A stretch of DNA of 61,038 nt, filler included. It is 4 parts of 4 records of this genome, joined end to end, with 100 filler letters (N's around TTAATTAATTAA, not from the genome) between each part and the next. Parts side by side here need not be neighbours in the genome. Positions count along the whole stretch, not along the records: positions 1 to 17,981 come from SRR31156797_13016; positions 18,082 to 44,714 come from SRR31156797_13021; 2 more parts are not named here. One strand, given 5' to 3'. Position 1 is the stretch's first letter; each line of letters opens with the position of its first letter. This document shows positions 8,978 through 19,093 of the stretch, in pieces. The notes beneath the pieces are model-generated. The model saw nothing but the letters and a program-made list of their open reading frames with translations, was not told the origin of the DNA and ran no database searches. A program made the position numbers and the translations under genes.

Positions 8978-11371
8978 CTATTGACCGAATGCAGGTAACT
9001 CTCTTGAATCTCTTGAGAAATTCATATCTGCTAATTCAAACGGATTTCTCATATCAATTCCAAGTACTTCTCTAAAAACTTCTTCTATTGTTGATACTGA
9101 TCTAAATTCAAGTTGGTTTTTAACTTCTTCAGGTACATCTTTCAGATCAACCATATTATCCGCTGGAAGTACTACTTTTTTTATTCCGGCTCTATGTGCT
9201 GCCATTACTTTCTCTTTGATCCCCCCAACAGGTAATACCGCTCCTCTCAGAGTTATCTCTCCAGTCATTGATAATTTGGAATCAATCTTTTTATTAAGTG
9301 CTAATGATGCCAACGCTGACAGTAATGCAACTCCGGCAGATGGACCGTCTTTTGGCACTGATCCAGACGGAACGTGAATATGTATATCATTTTCTTTGAA
9401 ATTAAACTCTTTGATATGCTCAGATAATCTTGATCTGATCAGGCTCATTGAGATTCTACCACTTTCTTTCATTACATCTCCAAGCTGTCCTGTCAAGATA
9501 AGCTGACCATTACCGGGCATAGATGTAGTCTCTATAAATAGTATCTCTCCACCAACAGGCGTCCATGCCATTCCTGTTGATACACCTGCCGGATTATCAT
9601 TTCCTGCTTTATCATGTCTTGCTACTTTTTTACCCAGAAACTCTTCCAACATCTCAGGTTTAATTTCAAACGGAGTTTCCACTTTCTTTGACACTATTTT
9701 CTCAGTTGCTACTCTGGCAAGTGTTTCGATACGTCTTTTCAGCCCTCTAACTCCTGCTTCCATTGTATATTTATTGATTATTTCTTCTAATACTTCATCT
9801 GTAATTATCAGATCATCACTTGTTAAGCCGTGCTCTTCTAACACTTTTTTAATCAGATGATTTTCCCCTATATGCAGTTTTTCTTTATTAGTATAACTAG
9901 ATAACTGGATTATCTCCATTCTATCTAGTAGAGGTCTGGGGATACTCCCAAGATCATTAGCAGTTGCTAGGAAAAATACCTCTGATAAGTCATAAGGAAC
10001 TTCTAAATAATGATCAGCAAAAGTGTTGTTTTGCTCAGGATCAAGTACTTCAAGTAGTGCACTTGCAGGATCTCCGTTAAAGCCTCTCATTAGTTTATCC
10101 ACTTCATCAAGGACAAATACAGGATTGATCGCTTTTGCTTTCTTCATACCCTGAATTATTCTACCGGGTAATGCCCCTACATAGGTTCTTCTGTGTCCTC
10201 TTATCTCAGCTTCATCTCTCACTCCACCCAGACTTATTCTTACATACTCTCTTTTTAGTGCAGAAGCGATACTTCTTCCCAGGCTGGTTTTACCAGTTCC
10301 CGGAGGCCCTACTAATAATAAAATAGTTCCCTTTTTCTCTTTTTTACGTTTCATTACTGCCAGATGCTGTATGATTCTCTCTTTAATTTTTTCAAGTCCG
10401 TAGTGCTCTTCATCAAGAGTTTTTCTGGCGAACTCAATATCTATCTCTTCTTTGTCATCGTTTTCCCAAGGAAGTGCAATTAACAGATCCAGATAATTTC
10501 TAATTACATGACTCTCCGGATTATTTCCTCCCGACATCTCTAATTTATCAAGTTCAGCAAAGGCTACATTTTTTACATCTTCCGGCATAGCTGAGTTTTC
10601 TATCTCTTTATGATAATCTTTGCCTGTTGATGCACCTTTTCCTTTGCCTTCATTTAATTCTGCCTGAATAGTTTTAAGTTGCTCTCTCAGATAAGCTTCT
10701 CTGTAACTTTTATTAGCTTTATCAGTAAATCTTTGCGCCATCTCTATTTGCAGTTTGATTGATTCCTCTTGAGAGATCAGATAATCCATAAATTTCAGAC
10801 CTCTCTCTTTATCTGATCTGATTTCAACTAATCTTTGTTTTTCCGCCTGAGTTACTCGTAAATACGGTGCTACATAAACCATAAGGTCATTAAGATTATT
10901 GAAATTATTAATAATTTCAAAATACTCATCAGCACCTTTGAAACTCTTCGAGATATCACTAATGATGTTTTTGATATAATCAAGCATATCGTGCTCATCA
11001 TGTTCTTCAAGATCATGGATATCAGATAATAGTTCGTAGTGTGCAGTTAGCTCTCCCTTAATATTATCTATTGATTTTACTTCCGCTCTTTCATCTGCTC
11101 TTATTGAAATTTTATAGTTATTTCCTACTCTTTCTATGAAGGTAATCTCAAGTACTTTTCCAATTTTATAAAAATCAGTTGGAATATATGTTTCTATTTT
11201 TGTTTTTTCTTTCAAAAGAACACCTAATACATGCTTCTGCCCTTTTTCAACTCTCCGTTCAATCATTCTACCTATGGCATCATTAACCACAACTTTTGTA
11301 CTTAAATTCTTTATTAACAACACGTCCCATACAGGAACTACCGGTAAATATCCCTCTCTTACTACGCTCAT
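8978..11371 (-). CDS. lon: ATP-dependent protease La (LonA type)
   Basis: GPPGTGKT, IRGHRRTYVGALPGRI, LDEVDK, catalytic PKDGPSAG, VGGIKEK. Confidence 0.97.
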   Translation of the reverse strand: MSVVREGYLPVVPVWDVLLIKNLSTKVVVNDAIGRMIERRVEKGQKHVLGVLLKEKTKIETYIPTDFYKIGKVLEITFIERVGNNYKISIRADERAEVKSIDNIKGELTAHYELLSDIHDLEEHDEHDMLDYIKNIISDISKSFKGADEYFEIINNFNNLNDLMVYVAPYLRVTQAEKQRLVEIRSDKERGLKFMDYLISQEESIKLQIEMAQRFTDKANKSYREAYLREQLKTIQAELNEGKGKGASTGKDYHKEIENSAMPEDVKNVAFAELDKLEMSGGNNPESHVIRNYLDLLIALPWENDDKEEIDIEFARKTLDEEHYGLEKIKERIIQHLAVMKRKKEKKGTILLLVGPPGTGKTSLGRSIASALKREYVRISLGGVRDEAEIRGHRRTYVGALPGRIIQGMKKAKAINPVFVLDEVDKLMRGFNGDPASALLEVLDPEQNNTFADHYLEVPYDLSEVFFLATANDLGSIPRPLLDRMEIIQLSSYTNKEKLHIGENHLIKKVLEEHGLTSDDLIITDEVLEEIINKYTMEAGVRGLKRRIETLARVATEKIVSKKVETPFEIKPEMLEEFLGKKVARHDKAGNDNPAGVSTGMAWTPVGGEILFIETTSMPGNGQLILTGQLGDVMKESGRISMSLIRSRLSEHIKEFNFKENDIHIHVPSGSVPKDGPSAGVALLSALASLALNKKIDSKLSMTGEITLRGAVLPVGGIKEKVMAAHRAGIKKVVLPADNMVDLKDVPEEVKNQLEFRSVSTIEEVFREVLGIDMRNPFELADMNFSRDSRELPAFGQ

Positions 11372-11416
11372 CTTTATACCTCCTCTAAGTATATAAATTA
11401 ATTTTCGAAATATAAT

Positions 11417-11437
11417 TAGTACGGTTAAAACTAACTA
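11417..11437. promoter_or_regulatory. Degenerate copy of the putative MarR operator upstream of lon
   Basis: TAGTACG-N7-CTAACTA, compared with TAGTTAG-N7-CTAACTA upstream of marR. Confidence 0.45.
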
Positions 11438-11452
11438 TTTTGTTAAAAAGAT

Positions 11453-11474
11453 GTTTCGCCTGTTTAGGCGAAAC
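11453..11474 (-). terminator. Hairpin/terminator after marR
   Basis: GTTTCGCCT/AGGCGAAAC stem followed by ATCTTTTT on the minus strand. Confidence 0.55.
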
Positions 11475-11475
11475 T

Positions 11476-11907
11476 TTATTTATTACATATACCTGAAATC
11501 TTTTTTAATAACAATATAAATTGTTCCTGTTCTTCACTTTCCAGTCTTTCTTTTATCTGAATTGCGAATTTCATATTTGTTTCTGCTTGCATTCTTGCAA
11601 TTTTTTTACCTTTATCAGTTAAATTTATAAAATAAACTCGTCCGTCACTAGGTGATTTCTGCTTATAGATGCAATCTAACTTTATAAGTTTATTTATGAT
11701 CTCTGTAACAGAAGGTTTCGTAATACAGAGCTCCTCTGCTAATTCTCCAAAAGTTACTGAACCACATCTGTCAATTTTTTCAAGATAATAAAACTGCTTT
11801 GCTGTAAGTTCTGATGAACCCAGTTCATTTGAAAGCTCAAGATTACATTTTCCTTTCCTTGAAGTCAAATACTGCAGAGCAATAAAAATCTCATCAACAG
11901 TTGCCAT
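11476..11907 (-). CDS. MarR family transcriptional regulator
   Basis: LT..QF.YL, wHTH ELAEEL.ITKPSVTEIINKL, DGRVYFINLTDKG. Start set at ATG 11907 after AGGAGG. Confidence 0.9.
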   Translation of the reverse strand: MATVDEIFIALQYLTSRKGKCNLELSNELGSSELTAKQFYYLEKIDRCGSVTFGELAEELCITKPSVTEIINKLIKLDCIYKQKSPSDGRVYFINLTDKGKKIARMQAETNMKFAIQIKERLESEEQEQFILLLKKISGICNK

Positions 11908-12013
11908 TCCAAACCTCCTAATTTGTTTTTTTAAGTTGGAATGCTTCAATCCAACTTTAACTAAAAAAATAAATTCAATTTGTTTTTTAAGCAAATAAAT
12001 TTATTAAAAAAAA

Positions 12014-12068
12014 TAGTTAGTTATTTCCTAACTAATATAAATTTACCATACTTAATTCAGCTTGTCAA
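12014..12068 (-). promoter_or_regulatory. marR promoter with palindromic operator
   Basis: TTGACA (12068-12063), 17 bp, TG-extended TAAATT (12045-12040). Inverted repeat TAGTTAG-N7-CTAACTA at 12014-12034 lies over the predicted start site. Confidence 0.65.
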
Positions 12069-12074
12069 TCAATT

Positions 12075-12470
12075 TTAATTATTTTTTTGATTTGGTTTCT
12101 GATAAATACCCTCTGTTATATTAATTATTTTAGCAATAGAATCATATCTATAAGGTTTCATTAGATAGTTCAACGCCCCTGCATCAAGTGCATCAAAGAG
12201 AATCTCTCTCTGATGTACAGAGCTCAGCATAATTATATTAGCATTCTGATCATACTCGATAATTTTTTTTACAGCAGAAACACCATTACACTCAGGCATG
12301 ACTACATCCATAAAAACATAATCAGGTGAATACTCAATATATTTTTCCAGTGCATCCACTCCGTTAACTGCTTCAGCAACAACTTCATAACCGTAATTTT
12401 TCAATACTTTCTTTAATTGTTTTCTTGCAAACAGTGCATCGTCTACAATTAAGAATTTTATATTTTTCAT
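12075..12470 (-). CDS. Single-domain CheY-like response regulator
   Basis: IVDD, phosphoacceptor MDVVMP, MLSS, YLMKP. Confidence 0.9.
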   Translation of the reverse strand: MKNIKFLIVDDALFARKQLKKVLKNYGYEVVAEAVNGVDALEKYIEYSPDYVFMDVVMPECNGVSAVKKIIEYDQNANIIMLSSVHQREILFDALDAGALNYLMKPYRYDSIAKIINITEGIYQKPNQKNN

Positions 12471-12541
12471 TTTAACGACCCCTCCTAAAACTACACATAA
12501 ACACTAACCCCATATATAGTATTACTTAATAAATAGAAAAT

Positions 12542-12566
12542 TCATTTTTAATTAATTTATTCACAA
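12542..12566. repeat. 25-bp direct repeat upstream of CheY-like paralog 1
   Basis: TCATTTTTAATTAATTTATTCACAA, identical to 16961-16985. Confidence 0.75.
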
Positions 12567-12670
12567 ATATATTTTGCATCTATGCTAATATTTATAAAAT
12601 AAAAACTGAACGAAAAATATCATTCGAGCGTGATTTTAAATAGATTTTCGATCAGTTTTTATTTATTTTT

Positions 12671-13774
12671 CTATTCCCCGTTTATTTCACTTAATATTGC
12701 TTCAATACCAAAATTATATTTTTCTAATGATTTATTATAGTATTTAGAAAAATTCCTGAAATTAATCTTTTTCCAGTTATTACTATCCAGAGCTTTTTCA
12801 TACTCATATACATTTTCTTTTGTTATCAGAGGCATCTCACTACGCATCCTTACACCTTCAGTTTCGGCAAAATCTATACCATGAAAATAATCATGAAGAA
12901 CTATTAAAGCCCAAGCTGCTTCAAAAAGATTTGCTCCGGCAGAGGCAAACAGCTCTCCTGATTTTATTGCCTTAATTCCCTCCTCTGTCCAATCAACACC
13001 TCCGGTTAAAACTTCATCACCCGGGATTACATCTATATCTTTCATCGCCTCTATTACTCCCAGCGCCATTCCATCACTGGCTGTCCAAATAACACTGGTT
13101 TTATCATATCTCAATTTTAGTGCTACAGCTTGCTCTCTTGCCTTATCAAAATCCCATGCTGCTGATACCAGCTGAGTCAGTTTAACATTTTCATATTCTT
13201 CAACAGCTCTCCTGAACCCTTTTACTCTCTCATCAGAAGCCATAGTCATTAACTGGCCTTCAATACCTGCAATATATATGTTTCCGTCACTTGAAACCTT
13301 CGCAGCATCAATTAAACTCTTAGCTAGATTATAGTTCCCTCCTTCATCATCAGGAACCATCTCTCCTATATAGTATTCGTATTTCTCTCTGGGATTACCT
13401 ATTTCTTCATCAATTATTCCTGAGTTTTCAAAAAAAATCGGTACTTTTGCTGCTTCACACAGCCTTATCATATCAGGTCCTCTTCTTTTGAAATTTACTA
13501 CTATCAAAACATCAAAATCTAATTTAACAGCTTCCCGAACCTGAGCTGACATTTTCAGATGATTATCATCTGCTTCATAAACTGTTAATTCTACATTGAG
13601 ATCTTTAGCGGCTTCTCTCATAAAACTCACTACTGAACCATAAAATCTATCATCTACTTGTCTGGTAATAAAAAACGCCATTTTTAACTTTTTAGCTTTA
13701 ACAATTGATGAAAAAGATAAAAAAGTAAAAAGTAAAATAATACTAAATAAAATTGAATAAATTTTCCTTTTCAA
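12671..13774 (-). CDS. Sugar-type (type I) periplasmic substrate-binding protein, orphan
   Basis: Signal peptide; ERVKGF, WTASDGMALG and GGVDW motifs of PBP1 proteins. No permease nearby. Confidence 0.8.
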   Translation of the reverse strand: MKRKIYSILFSIILLFTFLSFSSIVKAKKLKMAFFITRQVDDRFYGSVVSFMREAAKDLNVELTVYEADDNHLKMSAQVREAVKLDFDVLIVVNFKRRGPDMIRLCEAAKVPIFFENSGIIDEEIGNPREKYEYYIGEMVPDDEGGNYNLAKSLIDAAKVSSDGNIYIAGIEGQLMTMASDERVKGFRRAVEEYENVKLTQLVSAAWDFDKAREQAVALKLRYDKTSVIWTASDGMALGVIEAMKDIDVIPGDEVLTGGVDWTEEGIKAIKSGELFASAGANLFEAAWALIVLHDYFHGIDFAETEGVRMRSEMPLITKENVYEYEKALDSNNWKKINFRNFSKYYNKSLEKYNFGIEAILSEINGE

Positions 13775-13884
13775 CTCTCCCCCTCCTGACTATATACTCG
13801 GTAAATCTTCGATTATTCTATTCGTATCCCCTTAGTATTATACGTTAATTTTTTAGTCTTTCCATGATACGTTTTAAAAACTTT

Positions 13885-13909
13885 AGGCTAGAGTTTGACA
13901 CTCTAGCCT
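13885..13909 (-). terminator. Terminator-like hairpin after the SBP gene
   Basis: AGGCTAGAGT/ACTCTAGCCT 10-bp stem. Confidence 0.55.
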
Positions 13910-13951
13910 CACTTATCATCATGTTCTGTTGGATACTATAAATCTAAAGAA

Positions 13952-14686
13952 TTATTTGCCAGAAGTATGCTTCTTTATTATTCTGTCAATTGTACCGTCT
14001 TGCTTCATCTCAGCTAAAACTTTGTTAAATTTAGGTATTAATGAAGCTCTTTTTTCAAGTAGTTTTATTCCAATAATCGTGTCACTCAACTGCATACTGC
14101 GAGTGAATAGTTTAGGATCAAGTCCTAATTCTGAAATTGTACGTTCAAATGATATGGAATCCATAAAAATAGCATCAGCTCTTTTCAAAACCAATGTTTT
14201 TACTAAACTCTCTTCATTACTTACCTCTACTCTTTTTACAACTTCAATATCAAATATATTTTCAAAAACAGGATAATAATATCCTCTGATTATATTTACA
14301 GTTTTACCTTTTAAATCAAATGGTTCATCTACCTCAATTGCATTTTCAGCTAAAAAATAGATGTACTCTTTTACTGACATAATATCGTCAGAAAATATAT
14401 AACCCTTTTCATTAGGAGAGTTCCATAAAGGTGAGTCAATGAGTAAATCGATTTCTCCTCTTCTAAACATTGCCAAAGCTCTTTTGTTTGGAACACGAAC
14501 TACAGTTACCGTATCATTTGTTCTTCGAGTAACTTCATGTATTATGTCATAATTTATTCCTGAATATTCACCATTATGTTCCATAAAAAATGGTTTCCAA
14601 ATATCTGACGCAAATATAAAATTTTCTGCAAAACTAGTTAATGAGGTGAATATTAGGAAGATTAAAATATATAAATATTTAGTCAT
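13952..14686 (-). CDS. Family 3 (amino-acid type) substrate-binding protein, orphan
   Basis: WKPF, GINYDI, LKGKTV..IRGYYY, FNKVLAEMKQDGTIDRI. Confidence 0.85.
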   Translation of the reverse strand: MTKYLYILIFLIFTSLTSFAENFIFASDIWKPFFMEHNGEYSGINYDIIHEVTRRTNDTVTVVRVPNKRALAMFRRGEIDLLIDSPLWNSPNEKGYIFSDDIMSVKEYIYFLAENAIEVDEPFDLKGKTVNIIRGYYYPVFENIFDIEVVKRVEVSNEESLVKTLVLKRADAIFMDSISFERTISELGLDPKLFTRSMQLSDTIIGIKLLEKRASLIPKFNKVLAEMKQDGTIDRIIKKHTSGK

Positions 14687-14982
14687 GTATTTTCACATCC
14701 ATTTCCTTCAGATTTTATCTAATAATTTAAATATTCTCAGAATCAAATTTTCTGATTAATTTATAATTCATTCTATTATATATTTATCAATAATATTTTT
14801 CGTTTTTTATCAGTATATTCCTTCTTTTTTTATCTTTTTTATCTTGTAGCAAATAATGAGTTTCAACACATATCTCTTGATTGTATTTTCCTAAGATAAC
14901 ATCAAAATAATAAAAAAAGAGCCTTGTAGCTGATAGCTATCTGACTCTAATTCTTGTTTATTTTAAAATTTCTGTTTTAAGT

Positions 14983-15480
14983 TTAACTTTTAGTACTTAC
15001 GTAGATATTTGAATCTACAAAAGATTTTTTGAAATTTTGTATCAAAGATAATTTTCTCTTTAATTCAAAGGAAATATTTATTTGCTCGTTTAATAATTTC
15101 TTAAACTCCCAATATTCATTAAGTAAAATATTCATTTGAGTAGCTGCTTTGATATCATTATCATAAGAACAACTCTCTAATTTTTTTAGTACATTATTAA
15201 ATTTCACCTGAAGTTCAATCATATAATTATGATTTTTATCAATACTTTCTAAAACAATATAATACAATTTTATTAAATTAACATAGTTTTTCTTTCTAAA
15301 TATTAAAAGAAAATTTGGTAAGTTATTCATCACTTCTAACTTTTTTTCTATTCTCATGACCATTTTATCCAGTTGCTTATTCCTATCAACAAAATACTCA
15401 TATTGTACATAACAAGCTTTGATTTTTTCAGAATAAACCCCTAACTCCTCATAATTAACCTCTTTAATAACTCTCTGCAT
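14983..15480 (-). CDS. Hypothetical protein (helical/coiled-coil)
   Basis: 165-aa ORF with RBS AAAGGA. No recognisable motif. Confidence 0.55.
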   Translation of the reverse strand: MQRVIKEVNYEELGVYSEKIKACYVQYEYFVDRNKQLDKMVMRIEKKLEVMNNLPNFLLIFRKKNYVNLIKLYYIVLESIDKNHNYMIELQVKFNNVLKKLESCSYDNDIKAATQMNILLNEYWEFKKLLNEQINISFELKRKLSLIQNFKKSFVDSNIYVSTKS

Positions 15481-15508
15481 TTATATTCCTTTCAAAACTT
15501 GCTCACTC

Positions 15509-16288
15509 TTATTTTATATAGATTGATTCCTTAATTTTTCCATCTGTAATATATTTTGAGATAAACAAAGGAAGCATTTTGATATTTTTTTCGGTTATTT
15601 CAATTTTTTTATTCACACTATCATCAAATATCAGGGTTTTCCCTTTCTCAATACTATTTATAAAATCATGATATTGCTTGATTGATGAATTTATTATATT
15701 AATTGATTTTCCTCTAAACATTCCTTTTTTATAATTTTTTTCAATGAATAAAGAGGATTTCAACTCATAAAAAAGTTTAGAGTTATCTGAAAATCCTCTT
15801 TCCTTATAATCAATAACATGAGCTACTATCTCCTCTAAAATACTATAATTCAAATTATCCCTATTTGAACTATTAATATATATTTTAGGACGAATACTAC
15901 TATAATCAATCGAATAATTTTCTATTGATGTCGAATTAGTTTCATCTATGTCAAAAAATAAATCATTAGTTTCATTACCACACACATACATAAATAATGA
16001 ATTTAATGTATCAAATATTCTCTGCAAATCTTTTGAATTAAGTTTTGACTTATGGTCAGTACTTTTAATCTCATCAACAGTAAATAATTCCATTATAATA
16101 CTTTCTACAACTCTTTTATTAAAAGGCCTCGTTTTATTTACAGAAACTATAATTGTACCATCTTTAACCTCATAATATTTTGAAAGATTGCTGTCATATA
16201 GCAAATTAAAGTCAAAAATCAAGCCTCGTTTTAACATTTCCTTTGTAAGATATTCCTTTAATTCAATAATATTTAGTATTTGATCCAT
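15509..16288 (-). CDS. Hypothetical protein
   Basis: 259-aa ORF with RBS AAGGAG and a consensus-like upstream promoter. Confidence 0.6.
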   Translation of the reverse strand: MDQILNIIELKEYLTKEMLKRGLIFDFNLLYDSNLSKYYEVKDGTIIVSVNKTRPFNKRVVESIIMELFTVDEIKSTDHKSKLNSKDLQRIFDTLNSLFMYVCGNETNDLFFDIDETNSTSIENYSIDYSSIRPKIYINSSNRDNLNYSILEEIVAHVIDYKERGFSDNSKLFYELKSSLFIEKNYKKGMFRGKSINIINSSIKQYHDFINSIEKGKTLIFDDSVNKKIEITEKNIKMLPLFISKYITDGKIKESIYIK

Positions 16289-16388
16289 AAAATCTAACTC
16301 TCCTTAAAATCCCGTATTAGTTTATTTGACTCAATAATAACAAAACCCCTGTGTTTAGATATTGAATCAAAATGTTTTTTATGAACAT

Positions 16389-16417
16389 ATTTTAATATTT
16401 ATTATTACACTTGTCAA
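16389..16417 (-). promoter_or_regulatory. Sigma70-type promoter for the two hypothetical genes
   Basis: TTGACA (16417-16412), 17 bp, TAAAAT (16394-16389). Confidence 0.6.
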
Positions 16418-16483
16418 TATTTCATTTTAATTTAAGGAGAATTCTAAGAAAATGACTTCATATGTATACTTCAACTTCAAATA

Positions 16484-16888
16484 CTATTTTTTCTGTTCTC
16501 TTTTAATATTTAATTTAGGATAATGTCCCTCTGTTAGATTTATTATACTTACTATATCCTCTGGTTTATATGGTTTCATCAAATAATTCAATGCCCCAGC
16601 TTCAATTGCTTCAAATAAAATTGTTTTTTGCTCAACAGCACTTAACATAATTATATTGGCTTTTTGATCATATTCCATTATCTTTTTAACTGCAGTAACA
16701 CCATCCCTTTCAGGCATTACAACATCCATGAAAACATAATCAGGCAGAAATTCTTTATATTTCTCTACTACATCCACTCCATCAACTGCTTCCGCCACAA
16801 CTTCATATCCCTGATTTTCCAAAATCTTTTTTAGTTGTTTTCTTGCAAACATCACATCATCTGCAATTAAAAATTTTCCTCTACTCAT
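16484..16888 (-). CDS. Single-domain CheY-like response regulator (paralog 2)
   Basis: IADD, MDVVMP, YLMKP. Closely similar to 12075-12470. Confidence 0.9.
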   Translation of the reverse strand: MSRGKFLIADDVMFARKQLKKILENQGYEVVAEAVDGVDVVEKYKEFLPDYVFMDVVMPERDGVTAVKKIMEYDQKANIIMLSAVEQKTILFEAIEAGALNYLMKPYKPEDIVSIINLTEGHYPKLNIKREQKK

Positions 16889-16960
16889 TTTATCCCTCCT
16901 CTTGTTTTATACTTTTATAATCCACATCGTTAATATATTATTACCAAGAATATCCAAAAA

Positions 16961-16985
16961 TCATTTTTAATTAATTTATTCACAA
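16961..16985. repeat. 25-bp direct repeat upstream of CheY-like paralog 2
   Basis: Identical to 12542-12566. Confidence 0.75.
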
Positions 16986-17001
16986 TTTTATTTATAAATA
17001 A

Positions 17002-17023
17002 CAGGCGTTGCGAATAACGCCTG
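17002..17023 (-). terminator. Terminator-like hairpin after the SBP gene
   Basis: CAGGCGTT/AACGCCTG stem with TTATTT tail on the minus strand. Confidence 0.5.
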
Positions 17024-17062
17024 CGCAGGAAAATTAAAAATATATTCTGCTCACTATTCTAA

Positions 17063-17788
17063 TTAATTATTCCACTTTTTTAAGATTTCAGTTAGTTTAC
17101 CATTTTCTTTCATTTTTTTCATAGCAATATTAATTTCATTTGAGATTTCAGGTGAAAATCTAAGGTTTCCAGCTAAATAAATTTCCATTGTTTCTCCTAG
17201 TTTTGGACCAGTATATAGTACTCTTTTATCTCCTGTTTTTCTCCATAGATATTTAGCTACAATTTCAGAATCAACATAAAAATCAAGTCTATCATTCATC
17301 AACATTTTAGTAGCAAGATTTCCTGTTTTTAACTGTTCAATTTTAGCAAAACCCAAATCAGTTAATTGAGGTAATGCTGCACTTCCCAATATCAATCCTA
17401 CACTTTCATTTTTTAGAGAAGATAAGTTTCCCTTTGCTTTATCCTTATTTGGTGTCATTAAATGAATTTCGTGTGAGATTAATTTAGTAATCCAAGTATG
17501 TTTTTCCTCCCTCGAAGGTGTTCTCGTAAACGGAATTATAGCTATTGATGTACTATCACTTCCGTGTAACATTATTTGCGCTCTTTTCCATGGTAAGCCT
17601 AACTGATACTTAAATTTAGGCCCTCCATGTTTCGTTATCTCTTCTAATATCTCTACACATACACCTACATTCTTTCCAGCTTCAACCCCATTAAATGGCA
17701 TTGATTCATTCCCTAAAACCAAAACTTCTGATGAAAAGCTAAGTTGCCATAACAATAAACCTAATACAACTAACAAATGCTTTTTCAT
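17063..17788 (-). CDS. Family 3 substrate-binding protein, orphan
   Basis: Signal peptide, MPFN, GVCVEIL, LPWKRA, RTPSRE. Start set at ATG 17788 after AGGAGG. Confidence 0.85.
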   Translation of the reverse strand: MKKHLLVVLGLLLWQLSFSSEVLVLGNESMPFNGVEAGKNVGVCVEILEEITKHGGPKFKYQLGLPWKRAQIMLHGSDSTSIAIIPFTRTPSREEKHTWITKLISHEIHLMTPNKDKAKGNLSSLKNESVGLILGSAALPQLTDLGFAKIEQLKTGNLATKMLMNDRLDFYVDSEIVAKYLWRKTGDKRVLYTGPKLGETMEIYLAGNLRFSPEISNEINIAMKKMKENGKLTEILKKWNN

Positions 17789-17981
17789 TTTCTTCCTCCT
17801 TTTCATAAACTTTAATTTGGTGTGTCAAATTAAAAACTCAACTAATATTAGTTTAACTCAAAAGTATAGAATAAAATAGAAAATCAAGAAAATAGACACC
17901 AAAACTAAAAATCTACTACTTAGAGACAAGAACTTAAACACTCAATGTTTTAAGAGTTTTTAGCGAAGTGATGTGCCTATA

Positions 17982-18081
17982 NNNNNNNNNNNNNNNNNNN
18001 NNNNNNNNNNNNNNNNNNNNNNNNNTTAATTAATTAANNNNNNNNNNNNNNNNNNNNNNNNNNNNNNNNNNNNNNNNNNNN
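17982..18081. other. Artificial contig linker
   Basis: N44-TTAATTAATTAA-N44 (stops in all frames). Base composition changes abruptly across it. Confidence 0.98.
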
Positions 18082-18744
18082 AAAAAAACGCCCGGCACCC
18101 GCTTTGTCCAAAAGGGCGCCCAATAGTACAAAAAGGTATACGATGGAACATGAAACACCCAAAGGGATCCCGTATATGCCCTCGGTTGAGAGTGAAATAT
18201 TACTCAGGTAGCGGCTCAATGAAACGCCCTTGAATGCCAGCAGGTCCGGCATATGGGGGCCCGCAAAGGCATAACCGGTAAACAGCAGGGCGATAACGGG
18301 AAGCGCCGGACCGATGATCCGTCTGGTGGCTTCAAGGAGTAAAACAACCAGGATGCTGCCCACAATCAGGTCCCGCATTGTGGGGATACCGGCTCTCATG
18401 GCAATCCCTTGATAATCCAGGACAATATAAAGTGCCGCCAAAGCGCCGAAGACAGCCAGCCCGTAATCAATCAGTGGAATACGGTCCCTGCCGGAAAGGA
18501 AAGAGCAGAATTTGAGGGATTTCTTAACACATGGATTCACAAGGAAAAGGAGGACAAGGGCAAAGGCCAGGTGGATGGCCCTTTCCTTGGTACTGTCGAT
18601 GATGAGGAAGGAGGGAAGTGAGAGTTGAAAAAGCGCCCATAATATGGCGATACCGGAAACCAGTGAGGCTTCAACGGGGGGTAGATCCCGTATAAAACCG
18701 CTTTCCATTCTCAACAATTCTTCAGCGGATCTTTCTTTTCGCAT
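18082..18744 (-). CDS. TRAP transporter 4TM/12TM fused permease (3'-partial)
   Basis: RAIHLAF, LLLEATRR.IG, EGIYGIPLGVS, LFVLLGALL..AGAG.FF. Truncated by the contig end. Confidence 0.9.
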
Positions 18745-18904
18745 TGCCCTTCAGTTTACGTCTGATAATTAGATAGCCCCCAACGACAAAAACCAGACCC
18801 ACCATGAAAAGTAGGTCGTTACCTTTCACCATACCGTATACCACACTTAACACCCCCAGAATACAGCTGATGATGGCAATGATTTTTTCACTCTTTAATG
18901 TCAT
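18722..18904 (-). CDS. Small 2-TM membrane protein
   Basis: 60 aa, two hydrophobic segments, basic tail, overlaps the TRAP start. Confidence 0.55.
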   Translation of the reverse strand: MTLKSEKIIAIISCILGVLSVVYGMVKGNDLLFMVGLVFVVGGYLIIRRKLKGNAKRKIR

Positions 18905-19093
18905 AAGGCCCCCCGAAAAAGATTAGGCGCCGATTCACGGTTACCGATTTATTGAGCCACAAACCTTTAAATCATAAAACCAAAAAAAAGGCACCTTTTA
19001 CAATGAAAAAGCACCTCTTAAAATCTACGAAATTCAGTTTTTAGATCAAAGCAACACCAAAAATTTATGATATTTAATTGTCAGAATATCAAA

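Noticed and set aside
17813-17981. Short inverted repeats near the end of contig 1 as an IS or MITE end
   Set aside because: No transposase, target duplication or second copy is visible, and AT-rich palindromes arise by chance.
18026-18037. TTAATTAATTAA recurring three times in the window
   Set aside because: Synthetic linker inside N runs, not biological.
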